A stretch of 64,000 bases of DNA, from NCBI GenBank assembly GCA_021325275.1, contig JAJPHL010000070.1, positions 3,387 through 67,386 of the forward strand. Direction: 5' to 3'. Below, one piece after another: positions 40,954 through 52,391 of the stretch. Under the pieces are notes generated by a model. It made no database searches, was not told where the DNA came from, and saw only the letters and a list, made by a program, of their open reading frames with translations. The first letter of the stretch is position 1; every line of letters starts with the position of its first letter. This stretch comes from Terriglobia bacterium. GTDB lineage: Bacteria; Acidobacteriota; Terriglobia; JAJPHL01. A program made the position numbers and the translations under genes.

Positions 40954-43900
40954 CTAGAACGTTCGCGAAATCGTGAATCGGAACACGTGCGCCGGTTCCG
41001 CGTACGACGTCGCCATACCGTAAGCCAAGGCTTGCTGGTAGGTGGCATTGTTCGGAAACTGGCTGCGATCCACGACCAAGCCCGGCACCACGTTCGTTTC
41101 CACGCGCTGCACATTGTACGCGTAGTACAAACGGAAGGGCGCTTGGACCACCGGCAGAACCACTTGCAACTCCAGGCCCGTGGACCCGTGCAGGGCGCCG
41201 TTAGTGCCCGGCACCAACTGCAGGTTCTGCGTGAAGTTCGTATTCGGATACAAACTCAACAACTGTTGAAAGCGCGTCTCGCCGATCTGCAACTGGCTGG
41301 CGCGCAGCGCGGCGTTGGCGCCCAAATCGTAGAACGCCGCCAACGTCACCGGTCCGGCAATCGGAATGCGGTACTCGAAATTGCCGACCATCTGGAAATC
41401 GCCGCCCGGGAACGTGATCTGGTTGATCGGAATCGTCATGGTCTGCGGCGCCGATTGCACCACGCCGTTGACCAATACCGGAGACGACCGCGGCGATCCA
41501 TCCGAATCGAGCACGTTGATGTTCACCGTGTTCGGCACGTAGCCGATCGGCGAAACGGTGCGAATGTCGAAGCCGCGAATGTCCTGCTCGCCGCCGATAT
41601 AGAAGCGCTCGTAAGGCGGCGCGACGCGTCCGCCGTAGCCGGTCATATACGATCCCAGCACGCGGAGGCCGATAGTGTTGCGCTTGTGATACGTCGGGTG
41701 ATAGTAGGTGAACGATCCAGTGGGCCGCACCAGGCGCACCGTCCCGCCGGCGCCCGCAAATTCCCCGCCCAGGAAAATGCTCTTGCCCGACGTGGGATTC
41801 AGCGGGCTGTTCACCGTGTTGTAGCTGTAGCTCGGCGTGATCTTGCTGGTGGTGATACCGCTCAGCGAGTTTGGTCCCGAGATGGTGTTGTAATTCAGGT
41901 AGTCGAAGTACGCCGCCGCCGCGTTGCTGAACGTGGTGATGTTGGACTTGTCGTAACCGTAGGTGATGCCGACGCGCGAGAATCCCCGGCCGACCGGATA
42001 GCTCACGAACACCGTGGCGCCCTTGGAATTCTGGCGATAATTCAGCAAGTTTTGCTGGCCGAACTGATCGTAGTAGCCGATCAAGTTCTGTCCGGCGAGA
42101 ATCGACGCTTGGCGCGCCTGATCGTAACTGTAACGGCGATCGTAAACCGTAAATCCCACGGCGTAGCGCTTGTCGAACAAGTGCGGTTCGGTGAATCCGA
42201 GGAGAATGTTGCGCTCGATGGTTCCCAACTGCACGTCGAAGGTCAGCGTCTCGCCCAGTCCCAGGAAGTTGTGCGTCTGATACTGCAGCCCGAGGAACGT
42301 TCCGGCGATGCCGCTGACGCCGCCGGTCAATCCAATGGTGTTCTTGCCCTTTTCCTTGACCTTCAGATTGATGTCGACCGTGCCGTCGCGATTGTTCGGC
42401 TTCACGCCGTCGTCTTCGTTTTCCTTCTTGATCGGCTCGAAGAAACCAAGTTGATTCAGGCGCAGAATACTGATCGACCACAGGCGGTGATTGAACATGT
42501 CGCCTTCGTCGAGCAGGATTTCGCGGCGGATCACTTTGTCGCGCGTGGTGGTGTTGCCCGAAAAGTCGATGCGCTTGACGAAGAATTGCTTGTCCTCGTC
42601 GATGTTGAAGTTCATGTTGATCACGTGAGCCTGCTTGTCGATGTCCTGACCCGGCTCGGTGACCTCGTTGATGTATCCGAACTCTTTATAGATATCCTTC
42701 ACCGCCTCGATGCCCTTGCGGATCTTCGAGACGTTGAAGATGTCCCCTTCGTTCATCTTGAACTGCGGCTTCAAAATCTGGTCGGGCCGGCGGAACAACT
42801 TGACGCCGGTGAACTCCATCTTGCCCATGTGATAGAGATCGCCCTGCTCGATGGCGATGGCGATGTCCACGCGCTTGCCGGGCTTGGGCGGACCCGGCTT
42901 CTTGTGGCGGAAGCCATCCCACACTTCCACGGGAGCCATGGCGATTTTGCGCAGGAAACCGTTGTTCTGGACGTCGTAGATATTCAGCTTGGGATCGAGC
43001 ACCAACGTTTCGAAATACCCGATGTCCTGAAATTGTCCGCGGACCATTTCCAAGTCGTAGGAGAGCTTCGACTGGTCATAGGTGCGGCGGAACAAATTCT
43101 CCAGGTAAATACTCTTGGGGATTCCGATGGGCTTGGTGAACTTCATCGCGCGGATCAGTTGTTTGTCGCCGATCGCTTGATTGCCGCTGAACGTGATGTC
43201 GCCGACTTTGACCGTGGGTCCTTCGTCCACGTCGAAGACCAGCTTGATCGAGTTCGGTGGCGTGCGCGTGGCCTTGGCTTCCACTTTCGCGAATTGATGG
43301 CCCTTCTCCGCGAGAAATTCCTGCAAAACCACTTCGGCGTGGCGGACCTTGGTGGGATCGTACGGCGTTTCCACAACCAGCCCCACCTTGCGTTCCTTGA
43401 AGCGATCGAGCACGTCGGATTGCGACACCGACTTCATGCCCTTGCCGTAGTCAATCGTGCGGATCTGCGGTTTTTCGCGAACGTAGAACGTGAGGACGTG
43501 ACCCTTGGGACCGGGCTCGTCTTCCAGGCGCAAATCCTCGAAGTATCCGGTGTTCCACAAATTCATGAAGTCGCGTTGCAGCGACGCAGGATCGAAAGGA
43601 TCGCCTTTGTGCGTGAACAAGCGCGTGCGCAGCATGTCGCGCGTGTAACGGCGATTGCCGGCAAACGTAGGATCTTCGGCGACGACGTTGGGAACGCCGG
43701 CCAACGGCATCGGGAGTCGCGGAGGCACCGGCTGCTGTCCGGGAGCGGGCGCCTGCATAAGAGGCGTGCCCTGCGGCGTCGCTTGCTGTGGATCGGGCGC
43801 AGCGGACTTTTCGTCTTGATACTGAAGTTCGGGCGGTTCGTTCAGGGGATCGTAGCCGTGCATCGAGAACAGCACGATGCGTTGAGAAGCGGGAGGAGTA

Positions 43901-43992
43901 GCAGCGGGTGCTTGCGCGGAAGCGGGCACACCCACGCCCGCGACCCAAACCGCTAGCAACCCAACCGCAAAACCCCAGCTTTTACGCGTCAC
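40954..43992 (-). CDS. bamA: Outer membrane protein assembly factor BamA
   Basis: POTRA repeats (GNTTTRDKVIRRE), IRGF motif, terminal F; GTG 43992 with GGAG SD. Confidence 0.95.
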   Translation of the reverse strand: MTRKSWGFAVGLLAVWVAGVGVPASAQAPAATPPASQRIVLFSMHGYDPLNEPPELQYQDEKSAAPDPQQATPQGTPLMQAPAPGQQPVPPRLPMPLAGVPNVVAEDPTFAGNRRYTRDMLRTRLFTHKGDPFDPASLQRDFMNLWNTGYFEDLRLEDEPGPKGHVLTFYVREKPQIRTIDYGKGMKSVSQSDVLDRFKERKVGLVVETPYDPTKVRHAEVVLQEFLAEKGHQFAKVEAKATRTPPNSIKLVFDVDEGPTVKVGDITFSGNQAIGDKQLIRAMKFTKPIGIPKSIYLENLFRRTYDQSKLSYDLEMVRGQFQDIGYFETLVLDPKLNIYDVQNNGFLRKIAMAPVEVWDGFRHKKPGPPKPGKRVDIAIAIEQGDLYHMGKMEFTGVKLFRRPDQILKPQFKMNEGDIFNVSKIRKGIEAVKDIYKEFGYINEVTEPGQDIDKQAHVINMNFNIDEDKQFFVKRIDFSGNTTTRDKVIRREILLDEGDMFNHRLWSISILRLNQLGFFEPIKKENEDDGVKPNNRDGTVDINLKVKEKGKNTIGLTGGVSGIAGTFLGLQYQTHNFLGLGETLTFDVQLGTIERNILLGFTEPHLFDKRYAVGFTVYDRRYSYDQARQASILAGQNLIGYYDQFGQQNLLNYRQNSKGATVFVSYPVGRGFSRVGITYGYDKSNITTFSNAAAAYFDYLNYNTISGPNSLSGITTSKITPSYSYNTVNSPLNPTSGKSIFLGGEFAGAGGTVRLVRPTGSFTYYHPTYHKRNTIGLRVLGSYMTGYGGRVAPPYERFYIGGEQDIRGFDIRTVSPIGYVPNTVNINVLDSDGSPRSSPVLVNGVVQSAPQTMTIPINQITFPGGDFQMVGNFEYRIPIAGPVTLAAFYDLGANAALRASQLQIGETRFQQLLSLYPNTNFTQNLQLVPGTNGALHGSTGLELQVVLPVVQAPFRLYYAYNVQRVETNVVPGLVVDRSQFPNNATYQQALAYGMATSYAEPAHVFRFTISRTF

Positions 43993-44250
43993 TCGTTCAG
44001 TTTCTCCATTCGTTCTGGCGCTGAGTGCGCGCAAACTCGACGAAGCAGCGCGCAGAATGCCACACAACGATGGGATTGTCATGCCACGTTCACGATTTTC
44101 TCGGCCTGAACCTGCCTGAATTGCTTTTTGACCGCACCGGCCGCGCATCATTTCTTTTTCGCACGCTTCTACTGCACACCAAAGGTACGCCGTCTCGCTC
44201 GCGCGCACACTTTTGTCACGGCCCGTACGTTCTCGCAGAAAAACTGCTCG

Positions 44251-46704
44251 CTACCTGTACAGAAGCACTGGTTCACCCAAAGGCTCGCCTTCGGTTTGGG
44301 AACCTGCTGGACGGTAGTATAACCCATCTCCTTCCAAAATCACTTCCAATTCCGCGGGTTTGGGGATGGTCCCTTGAATCAATGCTTCCGACAGCGGATC
44401 CTCGATGTACTTCTGTAAAGCCCGCCGCAAAGGACGCGCTCCGTAACTGCGATCGGAGCACGTTTTCTCCACGATCCACTTGCCGGCTTGATCGGTGAGC
44501 TTCACGGTAATCTCGCGATGCTCCAGGTTCTTGTTCAACTGGCCGACCATCAGGTTGACGATCTTCAACAAATCCTCGTCGCTGAGCGGATTGAAGATAA
44601 TGATCTCGTCCAAGCGGTTCAAGAACTCCGGATTGAACACCCGCTTGACCTCTTGCTTCACCATGTCTTCCACCTTCGACTGGGAAGCGTCTTCGCCCGG
44701 CGCCTGGAAGCCCAAACCGGTGCGCTTCTGCAAGAACCGCGCGCCGATGTTCGAGGTCATGATCAGAATGACGTTCTTGAAGTCGACCGTGTTTCCTAAA
44801 CCGTCAGTTAATTGTCCATCCTCGAAAACTTGCAACAGGATGTTGAAGACGTCGGGATGAGCCTTCTCGATTTCGTCGAGAAGGATCACGGAGTACGGCG
44901 CGCGCTTCACGCGCTCGGTGAGTTGTCCGCCTTCCTCGTAACCCACGTAGCCGGGAGGCGATCCGATGAGTTTGGAAACCGAGTGCTTCTCCATGAATTC
45001 GCTCATGTCGAAGCGGATCAGCGATTTCTCCGAGCCGAACAGGAATTGCGCCAGCGAGCGCGCCACTTCGGTCTTGCCCACGCCCGTGGGACCCAGGAAC
45101 AAAAAGCTGCCCACCGGCCGCGCCGGACTCTTTAATCCCGCGCGGCTGCGGCGAATCGCGCGCGCCAACGCGGAAATCGATTTGTCCTGGCTGATGATGC
45201 GCCCATGCAGTTCTTCCTCGATGCGCAGGAGTTTCTGCATTTCCTCTTCTTTGATCGAGTTGACGGGGATGCCCGTCCAGCGCGCCACCACGTCTTCGAT
45301 GTCTTCCTTCGTGACGACGCCCGTAGACGTTTCGTCCAAGTGATACTTCTCGCGCAACGTGCGCAAATGCTCCCGCTCCTTGCGTTCCTCGTCGGAGTAG
45401 AAGCGCGCCTTCTCGAACTCGTGATTCGCAATCGCGTTTTCCATGCGATGCACGATGAACTTGATGCGCTTCTGAATGTCGGCCAGTTCTTCCGGCAAGG
45501 TTGTCTGGCGCAGTTTCACGCGGGCCCCGGCTTCGTCGACCAAATCGATCGCCTTGTCGGGCAGGAAACGATCCGGAATGTAGCGATTCGAGTGCGACAC
45601 CGACGCGTTGATCGCTTCGTCGGTGTAGGACACGGCGTGGAACTTCTCGTAGCGGTCCTTGATGCCGAAGAGAATCTTGGTGGCGTCCGATTCGTTGGGC
45701 GGCGCGACTTTCACCGCTTGGAAGCGGCGCTCGAGCGAGCGGTCGCGCTCAATCGACTTGCGATACTCCGACGGCGTGGTCGCGCCAATGCATTGCATCT
45801 CGCCGCGGGTGAGCGCCGGCTTCAAGATGTTGGCGGCATCGAGCGATCCTTCGGCCGATCCCGCGCCGACCAGCGTGTGCAGCTCGTCGATGAAGATGAT
45901 GGCATTTTGATTCTCCATCAACTCCTTCATGATGGTCTTCAAGCGCTCTTCGAATTGTCCGCGATACTTGGTTCCCGCGACGATCAACGACAGGTCGAGC
46001 GCCAGAATGCGCTTGTCCGCCAGGAAACTCGGGACGTCGCCGTCGGCGATGCGCTGCGCGAGTCCCTCGACGATGGCGGTCTTGCCGACGCCCGGTTCGC
46101 CGATCAGCACAGGATTGTTCTTGGTGCGGCGGCACAGGATTTGCGTGACGCGCTCCACTTCGCGATCGCGCCCGATCAGCGGATCGAGCAAATTGTCCAT
46201 GGCCGATTGCGTCAGGTCGCGCGAGAATTCCGCGAGCAGCGAGCTTTCCTTGTTGCGCGAACTGGAAACTTTCTCGCTCTGCTGGCGCGCCAGTTCTTCG
46301 CGAATGTTGGAGAGCCGCAGGCCGCGCTCGTGGAGAATTTCCGCGGCGAAACATTTTTCCTCGCGCAGCAATCCGAGCAACAGATGCTCCGTGCCGATGT
46401 GCTTGTGCGAGAGCCGCTCGGCTTCCTCGGCCGCGTACGCCAGCACGCGTTTGCACTCGTGCGACAACGGGAGATCGACGGAGGTGGAAACCTTCTCGCG
46501 AATCTGCACGTGGCCTTCGATTTGCTTGCGGATGGATTCGACCGAAGAGTAGGAACGGAGGAAGCGATTCGTCAGGGCCTTATCTTCACGCAACAGCCCG
46601 AGTAAAAGGTGCTCGCTTTCAATATAGGGACTACCAAACTGGCTCGCTTCGTAACGTGCAAAGAAGATGACCCGGCGGGCCTTCTCCGTATATCGTTCGA
46701 ACAT
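44251..46704 (-). CDS. clpC: ATP-dependent Clp protease ATP-binding subunit (ClpC-like)
   Basis: [11 protein letters not shown], two Walker A motifs ([16 protein letters not shown]), UVR-like middle domain, LGF loop. Confidence 0.93.
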   Translation of the reverse strand: MFERYTEKARRVIFFARYEASQFGSPYIESEHLLLGLLREDKALTNRFLRSYSSVESIRKQIEGHVQIREKVSTSVDLPLSHECKRVLAYAAEEAERLSHKHIGTEHLLLGLLREEKCFAAEILHERGLRLSNIREELARQQSEKVSSSRNKESSLLAEFSRDLTQSAMDNLLDPLIGRDREVERVTQILCRRTKNNPVLIGEPGVGKTAIVEGLAQRIADGDVPSFLADKRILALDLSLIVAGTKYRGQFEERLKTIMKELMENQNAIIFIDELHTLVGAGSAEGSLDAANILKPALTRGEMQCIGATTPSEYRKSIERDRSLERRFQAVKVAPPNESDATKILFGIKDRYEKFHAVSYTDEAINASVSHSNRYIPDRFLPDKAIDLVDEAGARVKLRQTTLPEELADIQKRIKFIVHRMENAIANHEFEKARFYSDEERKEREHLRTLREKYHLDETSTGVVTKEDIEDVVARWTGIPVNSIKEEEMQKLLRIEEELHGRIISQDKSISALARAIRRSRAGLKSPARPVGSFLFLGPTGVGKTEVARSLAQFLFGSEKSLIRFDMSEFMEKHSVSKLIGSPPGYVGYEEGGQLTERVKRAPYSVILLDEIEKAHPDVFNILLQVFEDGQLTDGLGNTVDFKNVILIMTSNIGARFLQKRTGLGFQAPGEDASQSKVEDMVKQEVKRVFNPEFLNRLDEIIIFNPLSDEDLLKIVNLMVGQLNKNLEHREITVKLTDQAGKWIVEKTCSDRSYGARPLRRALQKYIEDPLSEALIQGTIPKPAELEVILEGDGLYYRPAGSQTEGEPLGEPVLLYR

Positions 46705-46744
46705 TAGGGACTGCCTCCTGACTCCGAACTTCTTGCTGCGAGCT

Positions 46745-47434
46745 TTACGTTCTCGATCGCAGCTCGCCGTTCACCATCTCCCACACTCGCGGGCATCGCG
46801 CGGCGAACGCCGGATTGTGCGTCACGATCGCCGAAGTCAGCCCGTGCCGCGCGTGCAATTCTTCGATGAGGTGGAACACCGTCTCGCCCGTTTTCTGGTC
46901 GAGATTGCCTGTCGGCTCATCGGCCAGTAACAAACTTGGTCTCCCCACCAGAGCCCTTGCCAAAGCGACGCGTTGCTGTTCTCCGCCCGACAACTCACCC
47001 GGACGGTGGCGCAATCTCCCGGCTAATCCCACTTCCTTCAACCGTTCCGCGGCAGCCTCTTCCGCTTCGCTCGGGTCCACGCCGCGAAGCCGCAGCGGGA
47101 GGGAAGCGTTTTCCAGCGCCGTGAATTCCGGCAGCAGTCTGTGGAATTGCCAGACAAAACCGATCTCGCGATTCCGCAACTCGGCGCGTTCATCGTCGCG
47201 CAACGCAGAGATCAAATTTCCTTTCAAGTATAACGCACCGTCGCTCGGACTGTCCAGCGTACCAAGGATCTGTAACAGCGTACTCTTGCCGGCGCCCGAC
47301 TCTCCGATGATCGCCACCAGCTCGCCGGGCGCAATCGCCAGGTTGAGATTTTCGAAAATCGTCAGCGGCGCGGACGCGTCGCCCGCGGAAGGAAATCGCT
47401 TGGCGAGTTGGACGGCGCGAAGGAGAGGATCCAT
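46745..47434 (-). CDS. lolD: Lipoprotein-releasing ABC ATPase
   Basis: GESGAGKST, GFVWQFHRLL, LSGGEQQRV, DEPTGNLD; lolC-clpC-bamA context. Confidence 0.88.
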   Translation of the reverse strand: MDPLLRAVQLAKRFPSAGDASAPLTIFENLNLAIAPGELVAIIGESGAGKSTLLQILGTLDSPSDGALYLKGNLISALRDDERAELRNREIGFVWQFHRLLPEFTALENASLPLRLRGVDPSEAEEAAAERLKEVGLAGRLRHRPGELSGGEQQRVALARALVGRPSLLLADEPTGNLDQKTGETVFHLIEELHARHGLTSAIVTHNPAFAARCPRVWEMVNGELRSRT

Positions 47435-47518
47435 GATGGCGGCACAGCCGGCTGAGAGGTCAGTCTAACGCAGATTCCGCGACCACTGTGCATCCGCTCG
47501 TGTATGATCGTTTCTAAG

Positions 47519-47773
47519 ATGAACGCCGCCAGCCCCGCTTACGAAGAGATCATCGAATTCATTGCGTCGGGCACAACTCCCGAAGCGATTGTCGCCTATC
47601 GTCCTTCACCGGAAGCTCAAGAGCGAGTACTGGAATTGGTGGAGCGCGAAAAAGCAGCATCCCTCACCGCCAGCGAAAAAGCTGAGCTCGATCATTTTCT
47701 GGAGCTCGAACACATCTTAAGGATGGCCAAAGCCAAAGCTCGGCAATTCCTCTCCGGTGAGATTCCGAACTAG
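47519..47773 (+). CDS. Small helical hypothetical protein (antitoxin-like)
   Basis: 84 aa, PEAIVAYRPSPEAQERV...LEHILRMAKAKAR; TATGAT upstream. Confidence 0.7.
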   Translation: MNAASPAYEEIIEFIASGTTPEAIVAYRPSPEAQERVLELVEREKAASLTASEKAELDHFLELEHILRMAKAKARQFLSGEIPN

Positions 47774-47806
47774 CGACAGCGTACGTATTGAAACGGTCAG
47801 CCGCCC

Positions 47807-47860
47807 TCACTCGTAGCGCAATCCTTCGGGCCGCCACCACGCTCGACGCGCGCCGCGCCG
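47807..47860 (-). pseudogene. Relic duplicate of the lolC 3' end
   Basis: 44/51 aligned columns match 51131-51180; encodes ARRASSVVAA/EGLRYE* vs AHRASSVMPAEGLRYE*. Confidence 0.88.
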
Positions 47861-47884
47861 CAATGGCCGTGCTATCATCGCGCC

Positions 47885-50800
47885 ATGATGACGCCTCGAA
47901 GAGTCGCATCGCTCGTCTTGTTCACGCTGTTTCTGGCCGCACAGCGGCCGGCCGCTCCGCCGCCGGGCGATTCGCTCCTGCAGAACTTCCGGAATCCGCC
48001 GGACAGCGCCAAGCCGCGCGTTTGGTGGCATTGGATGAACGGCAACATCACCAAACAGGGCATCAAAGCCGACTTCGAGTGGATGAAGCGCGTGGGAATC
48101 GGCGGCTTCCAAAATTTCGACGCGTCGTTAAACACGCCGCAGGTGGTCGAGAAACGGCTGATCTACATGACGCCCGAGTGGAAAGACGCGTTCCGCTACG
48201 CCACGACGCTCGCCGACCAGATGGGTCTCGAGATGGCCATCGCCGGTTCCCCCGGCTGGAGTGAAAGCGGCGGACCGTGGGTGCCGCCGTCGCAAGGAAT
48301 GAAGAAACTCGTGTGGAGCGAGACCCGCGTGGAAGGCGGACGCGCGTTCTCGGGCTCGCTGCCCAAGCCGCCCATCGTTTCGGGACCATTCCAGAACATT
48401 CCCGGTGGCGGTAGGAATTTCGGCGGCAACGCCGGACTAGTCGCGCCGCCCCGATTTCTACGCCGACGCGGCCGTGATCGCGTATCGCGCGCCGGACGGC
48501 GACGTTCCCATCACCGAGTCGCATCCGAAAATTACGTCAAGCGGCGGCGCCTTCGATTTGTCCGCGCTCACCGACGGCGATCTCATGAAGGCGCAGGCGT
48601 TGAACGCGCCGGAAAAAGAAGACGCGTGGATCCAGTTCGAGTTTGCCGCGCCGCGCACGGTGCGCGGCCTGACGATTGCGTTGCGTCCGCGTGTGGAAGC
48701 GGGACAATCGCTCGAATCAAGCGACGAGGGCCGCCAGTTTACGAAGGTCTCCGACCTTCCGGCGCGCACCAACGCGCAACAGCGCACCATTTCCTTTGCC
48801 CCGGTGACGGCAAGATTCTTCCGTGTGCGCTTCGAGCGTCGACCCGCGCCGGCAACGCAACTGCCCTATCAGGTCACCGAACTCGTGCTGCACTCGGACG
48901 CGCGCGTGAATCGCTTCGAAGAGAAAGCCGCCTTCGCCCTCGCACCGACGCTCTATTCGATGGCGACTCCGTCGAATCCGAGCGGCGCGATCCGCAAGAC
49001 CGACGTCGTGGATCTCACCATAAAGATGCGCCCCGACGGCTCGCTCGACTGGACGCCGCCGCCCGGCCGATGGGTGGTGCTGCGCATGGGCTATTCGTTG
49101 CTCGGCATCATGAACCATCCCGCGTCACAGGAAGCCACGGGACTGGAAGTGGACAAGTTGAATCGAGATTATGTGAAGGCGTATCTCGACAAATATCTCG
49201 ATCAATACAAGGATGCCACGGGCGGCTTGATGGGCCAGCGCGGACTCCGCTACGTGATCACCGATAGCTACGAAGCGGGTCCGCAGAACTGGACCGACAA
49301 ACTTCCCGACGAGTTCTCCAAACGCCGTGGATACGACATGCATCCTTGGATGCCCGCGCTCGCCGGACGCGTAGTGGAGAGCGCCGAGGCCACCGACCGC
49401 TTCCTGTGGGATTTCCGTAAAACACTGGCGGATCTGATGGCCGAGTATCACTACGACCAAATCGGTGAAACACTGCACGCGCGCGGCATGGGGCGCTATT
49501 CGGAGTCGCATGAATCCGGACGCGCGCTAATCGCCGACGGCATGGAAGTAAAGCGCAAGGCGGATATCCCGATGAGCGCGATGTGGACGCAACGTCCCGG
49601 CGTGAACGAAGAACTGTACGGATACAACGCCGACATTCGCGAGTCGGCGTCGGTGGCACACATCTACGGACAAAACTTGGTGGCGGCCGAATCGCTGACT
49701 AGCACGAACCTGGCAGCGTGGGCGTGGTCGCCGGAGACGCTGAAGCCCACCGCCGATAAAGAGCTCGCGATGGGATTGAATCGCTTCGTGATTCACACGT
49801 CGGTGCATCAGCCGGTGTCGGACAAGATTCCCGGCCTTGGACTGGGTCCTTATGGCCAGTGGTTCACGCGACACGAAACGTGGGCGGAATCCGCCAAGCC
49901 TTGGGTCACCTACTTGGCGCGCAGTTGCTACCTGCTGCAACAAGGCAAGTTCGTCGCCGACATCGCGTACTACTACGGCGAAGATAACAACGTCACGTCG
50001 CTGTTCAGCGCGAAATCGCCGGATGTTCCCGCCGGCTACAACTTCGATTTCGTAAACGCCGATGCGTTGATTCACGAATTGTCCGCAAAAGACGGCCGCA
50101 TCGTCACGAAGACTGGGATGAGCTATCGCGTGCTGGCGCTTGATCCCAACAGTCAGCACATGGCGCTGGCCGTTTTGCGGAAGATTCGCGATCTGGTCAA
50201 CGCCGGCGCGACGGTCGCGGGACCGAAGCCGGTGGAGAGTCCCAGTTTGAGCGATGACCAAGCGGAGTTCCACAGGATCGCGGATGAACTATGGAGCGGA
50301 AAAATCAAGGCCGACTTAGCGGCGTCGCTCGGAGCGGCTCCCGATTTCGAGGCGCCTGCCAACTTGCTGTTTGTGCATCGCAAGCTGATCGACGGCGACA
50401 TCTATTGGGTGAACAACCGCAGCAATCGCGCACTGGCGGTTGACGCTGCGTTTCGCGTGACCGGAAAGGCGCCCGAAATCTGGCACGCCGACACGGGCGC
50501 AACGGAAGCGGCGGCCTATGCGATTTCGGGAGATCGCACAAGCGTCCCGTTGCATCTCGATCCGTGGGACGCCGTCTTCGTAGTGTTTCGCCGGCCGGCC
50601 GCCGCGTCGTCGCGCACGATTTGGCGGCCGGTGGAGACGAGCGTGGCTACGATCGACGGCGCATGGAGTGTCGCATTTCAGGCGGATCGCGGCGCGCCTG
50701 AAAAGATGTCGCTCGACAAACTCTCGTCGTGGTCTGATTCGGACGATGGCGGCGTGAAATACTTTTCGGGCACGGCCGTTTATTCCAAGACGATTGACGC

Positions 50801-51125
50801 TCCCGGCGATTGGTTCCAACCCAGCGCTCGCCTTTGGCTCGATCTCGGCGACGTGAAGAACCTCGCGGAAATATCGGTGAATGGCAAGCCGCTGGGAATC
50901 GTTTGGAAGACGCCGTTCCGCGTCGACGTAACCGACGCCTTCAAGCCCGGCCCGAATACGCTTTCGATCAAAGTGACCAACCTGTGGGTCAACCGGTTGA
51001 TCGGCGATCAGCAACCTGACGTGAAGAAGAAGTACACCTACACGACGCAAGCGTTTTACAAAGCGGATTCGCCGCTGCTGCCGTCAGGCCTTCTGGGGCC
51101 GGTGCAGATTGTGCGAGCGAAATAG
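47885..51125 (+). pseudogene. GH106 alpha-L-rhamnosidase-like glycoside hydrolase split by a +1 frameshift near 48450
   Basis: Signal peptide, PRVWWHWMNGN, SPGWSESGGPW in frame 1; DFYADAAVIAY, TDSYEAG, AAES, GLNRFVIH, LPSGLLGPV in frame 2; about 1080 aa when joined. Confidence 0.85.
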
Positions 51126-51127
51126 CG

Positions 51128-52381
51128 CTACTCGTAACGCAATCCCTCGGCCGGCATCACGCTCGACGCGCGATGCGCCGGGTACAGCGTTGCGATCAGG
51201 CTGATCAGCAACACAGCACCGGTGATCCACAACGCGTCCGTTGCGCGCAAATCGAACGGCACGTAGTTCACGGCATACACGTCGGCCTCGAGGTGGATCC
51301 ATCGATAGTGCCCCGCCGCCCAAGAGAAAGAATATCCGGCCGCCAATCCCAGCGCGATCCCAAACACGCCGATCAGCAAACCTTGCAAGCGGAAAATCCA
51401 GCCCACCTGCCGCCGCTTGGCGCCGAGCGACATCAGCACGGCGATGTCCTTGCTCTTCTCGAGCACCAGCACATACAAGCGATTGAAAATTCCCAGCGCC
51501 GCGACGAACACGATCAGCCCCAGCGTCAGAACGGTCACCGTACGCTCGAGTCGCAGCGCGTTGAACAACGCGTGGTTCTGCTCCATCCAAGTTGTCGCGA
51601 CAAATCCCGGGCCCGCGACGCGCTTGAGATCCACGGCCGCCTCAGGCGCGCGATCGGGATCGGCCAAGCGGACGCCCACCGCCGACGCGACATCGTTGAG
51701 CAAGAGAATCTGCTGCGCGACGGCAAGCGAAGTCAGCGCCCACTGACCGTCGAATTCGTAGAATCCGCTTTCGAACACTCCCGCGACCTTGAACGGACGG
51801 GCCCGCGCCATCGGGCCGATCGGCGACAAGTGCCCGCGCGGCGAGGTGATCGTGACCACGTCGCCCGCGTGCGCGCGCAGCGTTTCCGCCAGATCTTTGC
51901 CGAGAAGCAGCGGCGGCATGTCGTCCGGCGCAAGCGTTTTCTCAAGGGGCGCAGCCGAGCCCTCGCGCAAATGATCGAGCAATCCGCCCATGCGACGCTC
52001 CATCGAGGGCACCACGCCCTTCAGCACGATTCCCTTCGACAACGGACCCGCGGTGATCAGCAATTCGGTGTAGACGCCCGGCGCCGCCGCGATCACGCCC
52101 GGCTGGCGCTCGCATTCCGCGGCCAGTTCGCGCCATTTGGCGATGCCGTCGCCGCTCGAGCGCTGCAACATCACGTGCGGCGTCGCGCCCAACAGCGTCG
52201 ATTCCAGCACCTGACGGAATCCGCTCGTCACCGCCAACGCGATCACCAGCGACGCCACGCCCGCCGCCACGCCGATCACCGAAATCGCCGTGATCACCGA
52301 CACCGGACCGCCGCGCCGCGCGCGCAAGTATCGCCAGGCCATCCAAAATTCGAATTTGTGTCCGGAAGACGGCGCGCTCAT
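51128..52381 (-). CDS. lolC: Lipoprotein-releasing ABC permease LolC/E
   Basis: AWRYLRARR, ISVIGVAAGVASLV, EKSKDIAVLMSLGA, PAEGLRYE. Confidence 0.9.
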   Translation of the reverse strand: MSAPSSGHKFEFWMAWRYLRARRGGPVSVITAISVIGVAAGVASLVIALAVTSGFRQVLESTLLGATPHVMLQRSSGDGIAKWRELAAECERQPGVIAAAPGVYTELLITAGPLSKGIVLKGVVPSMERRMGGLLDHLREGSAAPLEKTLAPDDMPPLLLGKDLAETLRAHAGDVVTITSPRGHLSPIGPMARARPFKVAGVFESGFYEFDGQWALTSLAVAQQILLLNDVASAVGVRLADPDRAPEAAVDLKRVAGPGFVATTWMEQNHALFNALRLERTVTVLTLGLIVFVAALGIFNRLYVLVLEKSKDIAVLMSLGAKRRQVGWIFRLQGLLIGVFGIALGLAAGYSFSWAAGHYRWIHLEADVYAVNYVPFDLRATDALWITGAVLLISLIATLYPAHRASSVMPAEGLRYE

Positions 52382-52391
52382 GTGGTCTCGC

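Noticed and set aside
40951-43956. 1001-aa antisense ORF, and similar ones opposite thiC, clpC and lolC
   Set aside because: Antisense shadows of well-supported genes.
47885-49267. 460-aa ORF as an independent gene
   Set aside because: Only the first ~189 aa are GH106-like; the rest is out-of-frame read-through past the frameshift.
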